Shown piece after piece: positions 1-10,400 of a stretch of DNA of 64,000 bases. The translations under genes were made by a program, and so were the position numbers. The DNA comes from an uncultured Candidatus Entotheonella sp. (GTDB lineage Bacteria > Tectomicrobia > Entotheonellia > Entotheonellales > Entotheonellaceae). The notes below the pieces were generated by a model. The model was not told the DNA's origin. It saw nothing but the letters and a program-made list of their open reading frames with translations, and ran no database searches. Every line of letters begins with the position of its first letter. Position 1 is the first letter of the stretch. The DNA is taken from assembly GCA_965217185.1 (NCBI GenBank), contig OZ244252.1, positions 1,312,001 through 1,376,000 on the forward strand, given 5' to 3'.

Positions 1-495
1 GTGACGGCTGACGACGACGCCCTGCGCCAAGCTTGTACCACGAATCTGTTGCACGTCCCGCCCAGCAACGCCATGAAGGCCGATGCCGCGGCGCAGTGGC
101 TGCAGAAAAACCCCGACGCCAGCGTGCAGGCGCGTGCCTGGCATCCCAAATTCGTCAAGTATGCCGCCCGCGACCTGAACAAACGCTTCCTGAAGGTTCA
201 GGGCATCGCCATGGACGACGACGCCTGGGCCGGCTGGGCTGCGGTGCGCATGATCGCCGAGGCCGTCATACGGACGCAGTCTACTGAACCTTCAGCCTTG
301 CTTGCGTTTATGAAGACTGAGATTGCCTTCGATGGGCAAAAGGGTATTCCCCATACCTTCCGTGATACCGGCCAATTGCGTCAGCGGCTGCTCATTGTCG
401 ACGAGGCCGGCAAGCTGACCGGCGAAGCCCCGGTGCGGGGCGTGGCCGACACGACGGATCTTGACAGTCTCGGTGTGCCTTCGTGTCAGCAGTGA
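1..495 (+). CDS. ABC transporter substrate-binding protein of the PQQ-dependent alcohol dehydrogenase-associated family (5' partial)
   Basis: C-terminal pattern 'AWH...A..LNKRF...MDDDAWAGWAAVRMIAEAV.R...FDGQKG...FR..GQLRQ...DSLG' typical of PQQ-system SBPs; followed by the beta-propeller gene. Confidence 0.75.
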   Translation: MTADDDALRQACTTNLLHVPPSNAMKADAAAQWLQKNPDASVQARAWHPKFVKYAARDLNKRFLKVQGIAMDDDAWAGWAAVRMIAEAVIRTQSTEPSALLAFMKTEIAFDGQKGIPHTFRDTGQLRQRLLIVDEAGKLTGEAPVRGVADTTDLDSLGVPSCQQ

Positions 496-570
496 AATAC
501 CCATTTTGTGATAATTGCCGAGTCCTCACAGGCCACGTGACAGTGACGAAATGGGTCCCAGGGTTCTGCT

Positions 571-667
571 GTCATCCCGGCGAAAGCCGGGGTCCAGAAG
601 GTTTTCTGACGGTTCAAGAGCCTGCCCCGCAACGAAGGTCGCTGGATCCCGCTTTTGCGGGAATGAC
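571..667. repeat. REP-like palindromic element (GTCATCCCGGCGAAAGCCGGGGTCCAG ... CTGGATCCCGCTTTTGCGGGAATGAC)
   Basis: Two inverted palindromic arms around a spacer; related half-copies near 4403, 19072, 40570, 44899 and 57982. Confidence 0.7.
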
Positions 668-727
668 GGTTCGCGTTTAAGAATGACGTTTTGGGCAGTT
701 TGACAACCTTTTTTCATAAGGAAGGAC

Positions 728-1693
728 ATGACGTTTATGCGACCGATAGCTTTTGCAATGCTGGTGTTTCTCACCTTGGCCGTCGGGACTGCCGCCGCTG
801 AACCGACCTACCGTGTTTTTGTCACCAATGAGCGCGATGATTCCGTATCGGTCATTGACAGCCGCACCAACGAGGTGGAAGCCACCATCGACGTCGGCGA
901 CCGTCCGCGTGGCATCGGCTTCTCTCCTGACCGAGCGTACGTTTATGTGGCGCTGGGCGAGGAAAACGCCATCGGCGTCATCGACGCGCGCACTCTCGAG
1001 GTCGTCAAGAAGGTATCGGCAGGCTCCGACCCCGAGGCGTTCGCCGTGCATCCGAACGGCAATATCTATCTGTCCAACGAGGACGCCAACCTTGCCACGG
1101 TCCTGAACCCGGTCTCCGGGGAAATCCTGGCCGAGATTCCGGTCGGCATCGAGCCGGAAGGCGTGGGTGTGTCGCCGGATGGCTCACGGGTCATGGTGAC
1201 CAGCGAGAGCACCTTCATGGTGCACGTCATTGCGGTGCCGGAGCACGAAGTGGTGGCCAACGTGCTGGTGGGCGCCCGGCCCCGGGAGGTGACGTTTTCG
1301 GCGGATGGCAAGTGGGCGTACGTGACCAGTGAGATCAGCGGCCAAGTGAGCAAGATCGACGTGGCGGCCAATACCGTGGTGCAGCAGGCGCGGCTGGACG
1401 TCCCCAAGGCCAAGCCCAAAGGCGTGGTGGTCAGCCCGGACCAGAAAACCCTCTACGTCTCCACCGGCAGCGGCAACATGATCGCGGCGCTGAACGCTGA
1501 AACGCTGGAGTTGCTAGGCACTGTCAAGGTTGGCAAGCGGGTGTGGGGCATTGCGCTAACGCGGGACGGCTCCCGGTTGTACACTTGCAATGGCGTGGAT
1601 GACACGGTGTCGGTGGTGGATACCGCCAGCCTCACGGTCGCCGCCACCATCCAGGTGGGCACGGCGCCCTGGGGTGTGGTCATTGATGACTGA
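728..1693 (+). CDS. YVTN-type beta-propeller repeat protein (PQQ catabolism-associated), exported
   Basis: Signal peptide; FVTNE, SVSVID, VGDRPRGI and VGIEPEGV repeats. Confidence 0.85.
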   Translation: MTFMRPIAFAMLVFLTLAVGTAAAEPTYRVFVTNERDDSVSVIDSRTNEVEATIDVGDRPRGIGFSPDRAYVYVALGEENAIGVIDARTLEVVKKVSAGSDPEAFAVHPNGNIYLSNEDANLATVLNPVSGEILAEIPVGIEPEGVGVSPDGSRVMVTSESTFMVHVIAVPEHEVVANVLVGARPREVTFSADGKWAYVTSEISGQVSKIDVAANTVVQQARLDVPKAKPKGVVVSPDQKTLYVSTGSGNMIAALNAETLELLGTVKVGKRVWGIALTRDGSRLYTCNGVDDTVSVVDTASLTVAATIQVGTAPWGVVIDD

Positions 1694-1716
1694 TTGAAGA
1701 AAGCCCTGGCCCAAAC

Positions 1717-1763
1717 AAAAGGCGGGGTAGCAGAGAGTGCCCTCTTCTGCTACCCCGCCTTTT
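1717..1763. terminator. Bidirectional rho-independent terminator
   Basis: AAAAGGCGGGGTAGCAGA / TCTGCTACCCCGCCTTTT inverted repeat between convergent genes. Confidence 0.85.
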
Positions 1764-1783
1764 CTGCGTTTGTGGCCTGACGA

Positions 1784-2242
1784 TCAGGAATTGTCGTGAC
1801 GGGTGATCTTGGCCCGCAACTCCTCGGCCAAGGCGGCGTCGAGCCCCTCCAGGATGGCCAGATGCGACTTGGCTTCCGAAACCTTGCCGACCGTCAACAA
1901 CGCCTCGCCCATGTACTCATGCGCCTCGGCCAAGTCCGGCTGCAGGTCGAGGGCCTTCCGGTACAACTGGATGGCGCGCTCGTACTGGCCCATGCGACGG
2001 AAGGAGTAGGCCATGTTCGTATAGGCCATGGCGTGGGTCGGGTCCGCCGCGATCACTTTTTCGAAGGCCTCGATAGCCTGCAGAAATCTGCCGGCCTTCA
2101 GGAGGTCATAGCCAATTTCGTAGTCCGTCGGCTGCCCCAGGGGATCCAGCGCGCTGCCTTCGGCCATGCCCTCATCGGCGAGGGTCAGGCCCGGGACCAC
2201 GAGGAGGAAACCACACATCAGTGCGAGACATACCTGCCGCAT
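1784..2242 (-). CDS. Exported tetratricopeptide repeat protein
   Basis: Signal peptide MRQVCLALMCGFLLVVPGLTLA; about 3 TPR motifs (AIEAFEKVIAADP, AIQLYRKALDLQP); purine-rich RBS upstream of 2242. Confidence 0.8.
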   Translation of the reverse strand: MRQVCLALMCGFLLVVPGLTLADEGMAEGSALDPLGQPTDYEIGYDLLKAGRFLQAIEAFEKVIAADPTHAMAYTNMAYSFRRMGQYERAIQLYRKALDLQPDLAEAHEYMGEALLTVGKVSEAKSHLAILEGLDAALAEELRAKITRHDNS

Positions 2243-2274
2243 CGTACCGTCTCCCCTCTCTTCAAAACGCCGCA

Positions 2275-3432
2275 TCAGGATCTGTCCTCGCTCCAGGGCG
2301 GCGTGTACGAAACCCCGTATTCCGACATCAGATCGGGAACCCGCTGTTCTGCGGCCAGTTCGCTGAGAACGGCGTTCAGCGTTTCGCGCAGGTCATAATC
2401 ATTCTTGCGCACCGCAATGGCGACGTTCCACAGCAGGTTCGGGTCAGATACGTACCCTTGCACCGGCTCCACGGTGCTATCGGGGCGATTCTTGAGCCAC
2501 CAATCCATTTCCAGTGCGGGCACCAGGGCCACTTCCAAATCCCCCTTCTGCACGGCCTGCAGGGCGTCGTGGCTTGATGCAAACGGTCGGCAGGAATAGC
2601 CTGCTTGGAGAAGGATCTTCTCCCCCTGCGACTTCAGCGGCACCGCCGTCGTTTTATCGGCCAACTGCATTACGTCCTGCACCTCGGATGCCTGCTGGCT
2701 ACGCACCAAGGTATAACCAGTGCCGAAATAGGGTTCCGTCAGAATCACGCGGTCAATGGGCTCTTGCTGAACCGGCACACCCATGAACATGTCACAATGC
2801 TTTTGGACCAAGGACATACTCAGGGCGCCCAGCACGCCGCGGCGTGACTTGGCCCAGACATACTGCGTCTTCAGCCCCATGCGGCCGGCAATTTCCTCCG
2901 CGAGCGCGACGTCAAAGCCGCCGGGGGAACTCTTGTCGGAGGCCGGCAACTGATTCGGCATGGCGCAGACGGTGAGAACGCCCTTCTCCCTCGCATCGTA
3001 GAGGGCGCCCTTATACTCGGTGCGCAGGTAGGCGATGATGGACCAGATGTCCATGGGCTGGACGCGCGCGCCAAAAGCCCCCATCGGGGTGCCCGGCCGA
3101 CCGGCGACAATGGTTGCAAAAACGTCGGTGTCCGCGCCGCCCCATGTCCAGACTGCATCCTGCAGATTGGGACCTTTGGCGCCCTTGCCGCGAGTGCCGT
3201 GGCAAATTGAGCAATAACGATGGAACAGTTTGTAGCCTTTTTCGATTGCTTCCAGGTTGCCATGCAGAGGGTTGGTGAAATTCTGCGCCTCAACGGCCAC
3301 GGGGGTGGACAAGAACAGCCCAAGCATCCCCGCGCAAAGCAGAGCGCCCAGGCTCCCCGCGGTGAGACCCCAACGCATGATCATGGATGCCAGATGCCCC
3401 GGCCCTTTCTTTCCAGAAACCCGCTGCCTCAT
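2275..3432 (-). CDS. Fusion protein: N-terminal monoheme cytochrome c plus C-terminal MxaJ/XoxJ-like substrate-binding domain
   Basis: Signal peptide; CSICH heme motif with GPNLQD and GTPMGAF; then LTVCAMPNQLP...GFDVALA...CDMFMGVP of the family-3 SBP type. Confidence 0.75.
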   Translation of the reverse strand: MRQRVSGKKGPGHLASMIMRWGLTAGSLGALLCAGMLGLFLSTPVAVEAQNFTNPLHGNLEAIEKGYKLFHRYCSICHGTRGKGAKGPNLQDAVWTWGGADTDVFATIVAGRPGTPMGAFGARVQPMDIWSIIAYLRTEYKGALYDAREKGVLTVCAMPNQLPASDKSSPGGFDVALAEEIAGRMGLKTQYVWAKSRRGVLGALSMSLVQKHCDMFMGVPVQQEPIDRVILTEPYFGTGYTLVRSQQASEVQDVMQLADKTTAVPLKSQGEKILLQAGYSCRPFASSHDALQAVQKGDLEVALVPALEMDWWLKNRPDSTVEPVQGYVSDPNLLWNVAIAVRKNDYDLRETLNAVLSELAAEQRVPDLMSEYGVSYTPPWSEDRS

Positions 3433-3568
3433 ATCCAGACTCCCTCCTGTGCATTAGATGTGGTCTTCGACGTTCTCGACTGTAGCATGCTTGCTCTGCC
3501 AAGGTTCCCCTGCAAGCCAGCGCCTTTTACAGGAGTCGGCCGGGGGTGTCAAGAGCAGACGCCGCCTG

Positions 3569-4171
3569 TCAGATGGTACGCTTGAAGCCAACTTTGCCGA
3601 TGAACTTCCCGGCCACCATCAGGGCGCCGTCAACTGTTTTGAGCGGCAGGATGGGAAGGCGCTTGGGCGTTGGCCCGCCGACCACCGTCGCCATGTTCGT
3701 CGGGTCGTATTCCGAGTAGTGACACGGGCACTTGACGGTTCGCGTCGCTTTCATCCACAGGGCCACCGGACAACCGGCATGCGTGCAGACGGCCGAATAC
3801 GCAACAATCCCGTCTGCCGAATGGGGCCGGGTGGATTCGGCGATCTCCTCGGGCTTGAAGCGCACCAGCATAACCTGATTGAGGCGCGAGCCGTTGCGCA
3901 CCACCTTGCTGACCGGCTCGATCGCGTAGGCCAAAACCTGCGGCCCGCCCAGCGGGATGTCCTCCGGCGCTATAATTTCGCCCTTTTTGTCGCCTTGCGT
4001 GAAGACAAACTGATCGTTCTCCTGCGGGCGCATTTTGCGGGGTTCTTTGCTGCGCGCCGCGGCCAGTTTCCAGCCACTCAAAGCAAATCCTGCACCCATC
4101 AGCATTTTCAGCAGCATCCGGCGTCCCAACAGTCGTTTTACCCATAAGCCGGTTCGGCGTATTTCTGCCAC
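3569..4171 (-). CDS. Rieske [2Fe-2S] protein with Tat-like signal
   Basis: CTHAGC and CPCH ligand motifs; RRMLLK N-terminal motif; GAGGAG RBS before GTG start. Confidence 0.85.
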   Translation of the reverse strand: MAEIRRTGLWVKRLLGRRMLLKMLMGAGFALSGWKLAAARSKEPRKMRPQENDQFVFTQGDKKGEIIAPEDIPLGGPQVLAYAIEPVSKVVRNGSRLNQVMLVRFKPEEIAESTRPHSADGIVAYSAVCTHAGCPVALWMKATRTVKCPCHYSEYDPTNMATVVGGPTPKRLPILPLKTVDGALMVAGKFIGKVGFKRTI

Positions 4172-4472
4172 GCGTGACTCCTCAGATTTTGCGGTTTGCG
4201 ATGATGCCTCAGACAGGGCCTTTCGGCACCATGGAAGGCGACCCGAACTCTCATGGCTACAACAAAGTCGTTATACCTGTCAAGCCCCAAAGTCCGCGTG
4301 TAAATCGTGATTAGTGGATAGTGGCCAGTGTAAAATCGGAGTCGTTATGCCGGGCTCCTACACAGTTCAAGATTGATTAGCGCCATACAAGGTTACCGTA
4401 GCGCCATTCCGGCGCATGCCGGAATCCAGTGACCTCTAGCCCAGGAAAACCTCGGCGTGACGGCCCGGCGGC

Positions 4473-7400
4473 TTACCACGGCACGGAAGCCCGCAACGCC
4501 AGGTCGTGCGCCGCCGCCTTGCCGTCGCGCTGGCGGCGGCTGCCCTCCAGGCTGAGGTTGAAGGACTCCCGCATCTGCAGGCGGGCGCCCAAGTGCCAAG
4601 CGCGGCTGTCGTCTTCCGCCAGCGCCGCCCGTGCGTACGGCGTCAGCACGCCCCGACCGCCCAGCGCCGACAGGCCGTAGCTCACCTCGGCGTCCAGGCG
4701 ACCGGGCGACGACGCCAGCGCGCCGGCGGCTACCAAGGTCGAGGTGCCGGGCTGCGACCACAGGCGCGCCACGCCGCTCGATGCCGCACCCCAGGCCGGC
4801 ATCAGGGCCAGCGACGGCCCGAGCCCCGAAGCGTCCGGCGACAGGCGCACGGCGCCACTGGCGCCCCATTCCTCGTAGGCGCTTGCCTCGTGCGCCAGCA
4901 GCGCCCGCACCTGCCCCTCGATAGTCAGCACGCCCGCCGTGTAGCGCATCCCGGCGCCCACCTCGACGCCCGTGCCCGTCTCCGCGTCGCCGCCGTCGCG
5001 GCGCAGGCCGATCTGCAGTGTCGGGGTCAGCGTCGCGCCCGCAGATACCGTGAAGGGGCGCGCGCCCTCCAGGATGAGCCGCAGGCGGCTGGCCCGCCCC
5101 ACCGCGCCCGCCAGCCCCACCGCAGCGTCGCTCTCGCTGCGCACCCACAGGGCGTCGAACTTGACGGACAGGGCCAGCCCACCGGCACCCTCAAGCAGCG
5201 TCCCCGCGATACCGACGGCCCCCAGGCGCATCGCCAGCGCGGTGTCGATGGGCGTCTGGCCGGGCCGGGTCAGGGTGAGGGCGCCGCTGCCGAGGCCGGC
5301 CAGACCCCAGGCCGACAGCCGATCACTGAGCCGCAGCCGCGCGTAGGGGTACACGCCGGTCAGGGCGCTCTTGATCGTGCCGCGGTCGCTGCCCATCAGG
5401 GCATAGGCGCCGTCGGCCTCGCTGTGGGCCAGCACCAGCCCGGCGAGCAGACGCTGCCACGCGGCGTCGAAACCCAGGAAGCCGGTGCTCACGTCGCCGT
5501 CCAGGGTCACGTCGTCCACCGCGCCCCGGAAGCCGCCGGTGCTGACGCGCCCCCAGGCGGCGAGCGCCGGGCCGCCGCTCGCCGGGGGCCCGGAGACGAG
5601 GTGGAACGAACTGCCGAGCAGCAGGTCGCGCTCGGTGACGGCACGTCCCGTGCCCGTGCCCAACAGGCGGGCCTCGGGCACCCCCGGCCCCGCTTCCGCC
5701 GCCATCCCCGAGGCCGGCCAATCCTGAAATGTCGGCGATGGCAGCGCGTCATGGGGCGCGGCGCCGCCGAGGCGCACCCCGCCGACGGTGAGGTGCGGGC
5801 CGCCGTCGAGCCGCTCGCCTACCGCCTCCAGTACCTGGTTGCCGACGGTGCGCCCAAAACGCGCCAGCCACGCCTTGGGCATCGGGTCCGAGTTCTCGAT
5901 CGTCCCCGTCGCCGTCGCGTCGGCGATGCGCGCCCCCGACGCCTTCGAGAGCCGCAGCGTCAGCGTCTCCTCGCCCTCGTCGATCGCGTCGTCCAACACC
6001 GGCACAGCGACCGTCTTCGCCGTCTCGCCCGCCGCGAACGTCAGCGTGCCCGACGTCGCCGTGTAGTCCGTCCCCGCCGTCGCGCTGCCGTCCGCGCTCG
6101 CGTAGCCGACCGTCACCGGCCCCGACGCCGCCCGGTCCAGCGTCACCGCGAACGCCAACTCCGCACCCGGCGCCTCGCGCACCCGTGCGTCCGCCACCGA
6201 CAGCGCCGCCGGTCCCCGCACCAGCGCCGCGATGCCGTCCGCCAGTGCCCGCCCGTCCGCCGTGCACAGCGCGCCCGGCTCGCCGCACGCGCGGCCTGCC
6301 GCGAGCGCGATCGTCACGTCGCCGTACGAGTCCGGCGCCACCGTGACCTCCCAGAGGTCACGGCGTCCATCCACCCGCCTGGCCGCCGTCACTCGCCCGC
6401 CCGTCACCGACACGCTCTCGTCCCGGAACGTGCGGTAGCTGATCCGAACCGCCTCGCTGAACGCGATCCGCACCGTGAACGCGCTCGCCCCGTCATGTTC
6501 GGACGGCGCTTCCGCGAAGCGCGCCGTCAGACCCGCCGCCGGCTTCGGTCCCGCACCTGGCCCGGTCACCGTCGCCGTCACTCCCTCCGACAGCGTCCGT
6601 CCATCCGGCGTGCACACCGCCCCCGTCGCCGCGCAATCGTCCGGCGCAGCCAAGGCGATGGTCACGTTCCCGCGCCCGTCCGGCTCGACCGCGATCTCCC
6701 AGCGGCGCTCGCCGCTGGCCACGCTACGCAGCTGCGGCAAGGCCCGCCGCAACTGCGTCACCCGGCCCCCGCGCACCTCCAGCTCGTCGCGCAGGCTCTG
6801 CGCGCCGAGCGCCACCGCCTCGCTGAATCGCAGCTCGAAGGTGAACGCGCTCCTCCCGTCGTGTCCCTTCGGCACCCCCGCGAAGCGCACCTGCAGCGAA
6901 TTCTTCGACTCCGACGCCGTCTCGGCCACCGGCCCTGGAATCCGACGCGCCGCTGCCGGCACCGCCTGCAGCACCACGCCGTTCGTCGTGCAGATGCCAT
7001 CGCCGTCGGCGTCACCATCGCCGTCGGCGTCACCGTCGCACGCCTTGTGTGCGATCAGCCGGAACTCGATGTCATCGTCGCCCGCCGGCTGCATCACGAA
7101 CACCCACGCATGCTCCGGCCCGTCCTCCTCCTCGGGCGCTTCCATCACGTTCACCACCGTCCCGCCCGTCACCGACACCGAGGGCGTGTCCGTGCCGATC
7201 GCCGCCACCGCCTCGCTGAACGCCACCACCACCTGCGGCCGGTCCTCCGGCCCCGTGTGCCGCAGCGACGCGTACTTGCTCTGCGCAAACGTGGCCTTCA
7301 CCCCATCGTCGCTGACGATCGTCACCGTCACGACCGCGTTCGCGCCCGCCGTCACCCCCGCCGGCAGCGTGCCCAGGCCGAGCTTGACGGTCTCGTCCTC

Positions 7401-10400
7401 CTCGACCGCGTCGTCGTCCACGACTTCGATCTGGATGATGCGCCGGGTCTCTCCCGCACCGAAGGTCACGCTCGGGTTCGCCTCGTCCAGGGGGGTCTCC
7501 GTGTACGTGTGGCCTTGGGCGGTGTGGTAAGCGTCCCAGCCGATCGTCGTCGGCGTGATGTCGTCCCCGCTCCCGCCGTTCTCGAAGCTCCACGTCAGCG
7601 GGATGGTCAGCTCGGCAGCGGGCGCCGCGCTCAGCACCAGCGTCATCATCGCTTGACGCACCTGCTCCTCCGCCCCCTCCTTCACCCTGAATGTCTCCTT
7701 GTCGAACGACACCGTCCGTTGCGGCACGTCGTCGTCGCTGATCGTCACCGTCGCCTGGTCGGTCGCCCCGGCGGTGACGCCTGCGGGCAGCGTCCCGAAG
7801 GAGAGCACCACGCTGTCGTCGTCGTCGTCCACATCGTCGCCCGCTGCGGTGATCGTGAAGGTCTGCTCGGTGTCGTCGCTGGCGAAGGTGACACTGGCGG
7901 GCACCCCGGCGTAGTCCGCAGCCGTCGTGTCGCCCTGGTTCGCCGCCCTCAGCGGTACCTCCACCGTCCGTTCGGGCGCCGCCGACAACGCCACGGTCAC
8001 CGTCACCGTGCTGCCCTCCGCCACCGCGTAGGACGCCTGCGCAAAGCTGACCTCCACCACCGGCACGTCGTCGTCCACGATCGTCACCGTGCTGGTAGCG
8101 GTCGCCCCGGCGGTGACGCCTGCGGGCAGCGGCGTCCCGAAGGAGAGCACCACGCTGTCGTCGTCGTCGTCCACATCGTCGCTCGCTGCGGTGATCGTGA
8201 AGGTCTGCTCGGTGTCGTCGCTGGCGAAGGTGACGCTGGCGGGCACCCCGGCGTAGTCCGCAGCCGTCGTGTCGCCCTGGTTCGCCGTGTTCAGCGGCAC
8301 CTCCACCTGGCGCTCGGGCGCCGCCGACAACGCCACGGTCACCGTCACCGTGCTGCCCTCCGCCACCGTGTAGGACGCCTGCGCAAAGCTGACCTCCACC
8401 ACCGGCACGTCGTCGTCGCTGATCGTCACCGTGCTGGTAGCGGTCGCCCCGGCGGTGACGCCTGCGGGCAGCGTCCCGAAGGAGAGCACACGCTGTCGTC
8501 GTCGTCCACATCGTCGCCCGCTGCGGTGATCGTGAAGGTCTGCTCGGTGTCGTCGCTGGCGAAGGTGACACTGGCGGGCACCCCGGCGTAGTCCGCAGCC
8601 GTCGTGTCGCCCTGGTTCGCCGCCCTCAGCGGTACCTCCACCGTCCGTTCGGGCGCCGCCGACAACGCCACGGTCACCGTCACCGTGCTGCCCTCCGCCA
8701 CCGTGTAGGACGCCTGCGCAAAGCTGACCTCCACCACCGGCACGTCGTCGTCCACGATCGTCACCGTGCTGGTAGCGGTCGCCCCGGCGGTGACGCCTGC
8801 GGGCAGCGGCGTCCCGAAGGAGAGCACCACGCTGTCGTCGTCGTCGTCCACATCGTCGCCCGCTGCGGTGATCGTGAAGGTCTGCTCGGTGTCGTCGCTG
8901 GCGAAGGTGACGCTGGCGGGCACCCCGGCGTAGTCCGCAGCCGTCGTGTCGCCCTGGTTCGCCGCCCTCAGCGGTACCTCCACCGTCCGTTCGGGCGCCG
9001 CCGACAACGCCACGGTCACCGTCACCGTGCTGCCCTCCGCCACCGTGTAGGACGCCTGCGCAAAGCTGACCTCCACCACCGGCACGTCGTCGTCCACGAT
9101 CGTCACCGTGCTGGTAGCGGTCGCCCCGGCGGTGACGCCTGCGGGCAGCGTCCCGAAGGAGAGCACCACGCTCTCGCCGTCGTCATTGTCCGTGTCCTGG
9201 GTCGCTATCAGCGTGAAGGTCTTCGTCGTGTCGTCCGCCCCGAAGGTCACGTCCTCCGGCACCCCCGACCAGTCCTCGCCGCTCTCGCCCTGCACCGTCG
9301 CGCCGCCCGCGCCCTCAGCCGACACCGGCACCGTCACCTCGCGCCCCGGCGCGCCGGAGAGCGACACCGTCACCTCCACCGTGCCGCCCTCGTCAACCGA
9401 GTAGGTCGGCGCCCCGAACGACACCGCCGCCGAGCGCGGCGTCGCACTGTCCTCGTTCGAGGCGGCGCTGGAGTTTGACGACAAGAACGTCCGTACCTGG
9501 AAAGTGTGTTCCTGCCCGCCGACCAGGCCGGTCACCGTGTAGCCGGTCAGGTTCGAACCATCCCCTCCCAGGATTGCGTCGTGTTGCCCGCTGTTCGGAA
9601 TGTTCGTCCAGTTCCCGTAGGACCCGTCGGTCTTGTACCGGTACTGGTGGCCGCTGAACACCAGGTGCGGCGCATGCGCGTCCCAGGACAGCACCACCTC
9701 CCCGACCCCCGCCCCCGGCGAGGCGGCCAGGTTCGCCGGGGGCGGCACTCCGGTATCCGTATCGACCACCGACACCGTGGCCGAAGCCGGGTCGCCCACC
9801 GTGTAGCCGGTGCCCGCCTGCACTTCCACGGTGAGCGCGCCTGCCGCCTCCCTGAGTTCGTCGTTCTCCAGCGTTACCGGCAGCGCCGCCGTCGCCGCGC
9901 CCACCGCGAACATCACCGTACGCTGCGCCGCCGCCCCGTCCGGCAAGAGGTCGCGGTCCGCCTCCTGCGTCACCGCCACCGTCACCGTCAGCGCCGCTGC
10001 CGTCGACCCGGTGCGGCTCAGCGTGAAGCCGGCATCGTCTTCATTCTCATTGACGACATCCTTGTCAAACCTGATCGTCACCACCGGCAGGTCGTCGTTG
10101 GTGATCGTGCCCTGCGCCGTCGCCTCCGAAATCTCCGCGTTCGACGCGTTCGACAACTTGACCGTGAAGGTCTCGTCGGGCTCGTTGGTCGCGTCGTCCG
10201 TGGTCGCCACCGTGAACTTCTTCTCCGTGTCCCCCGCCGTGAACGTCAGCGTGCCGTTTGCTGCCGTGAAGTCCGTGCCCGAGGTCGCCGTGTCGCCAGT
10301 CTCCGCCGACGCCGCCCAGTTCACCGTCACGCTCTGCGCGCTCGCCGGCGACAGCGTCACCGTGAACTCCACGTCATCGCCCTCGGCCGCGGATGCAGCC

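Noticed and set aside
7723..9080. CRISPR array
   Set aside because: The repeats are ~340-bp coding units without unique spacers, and there are no cas genes.
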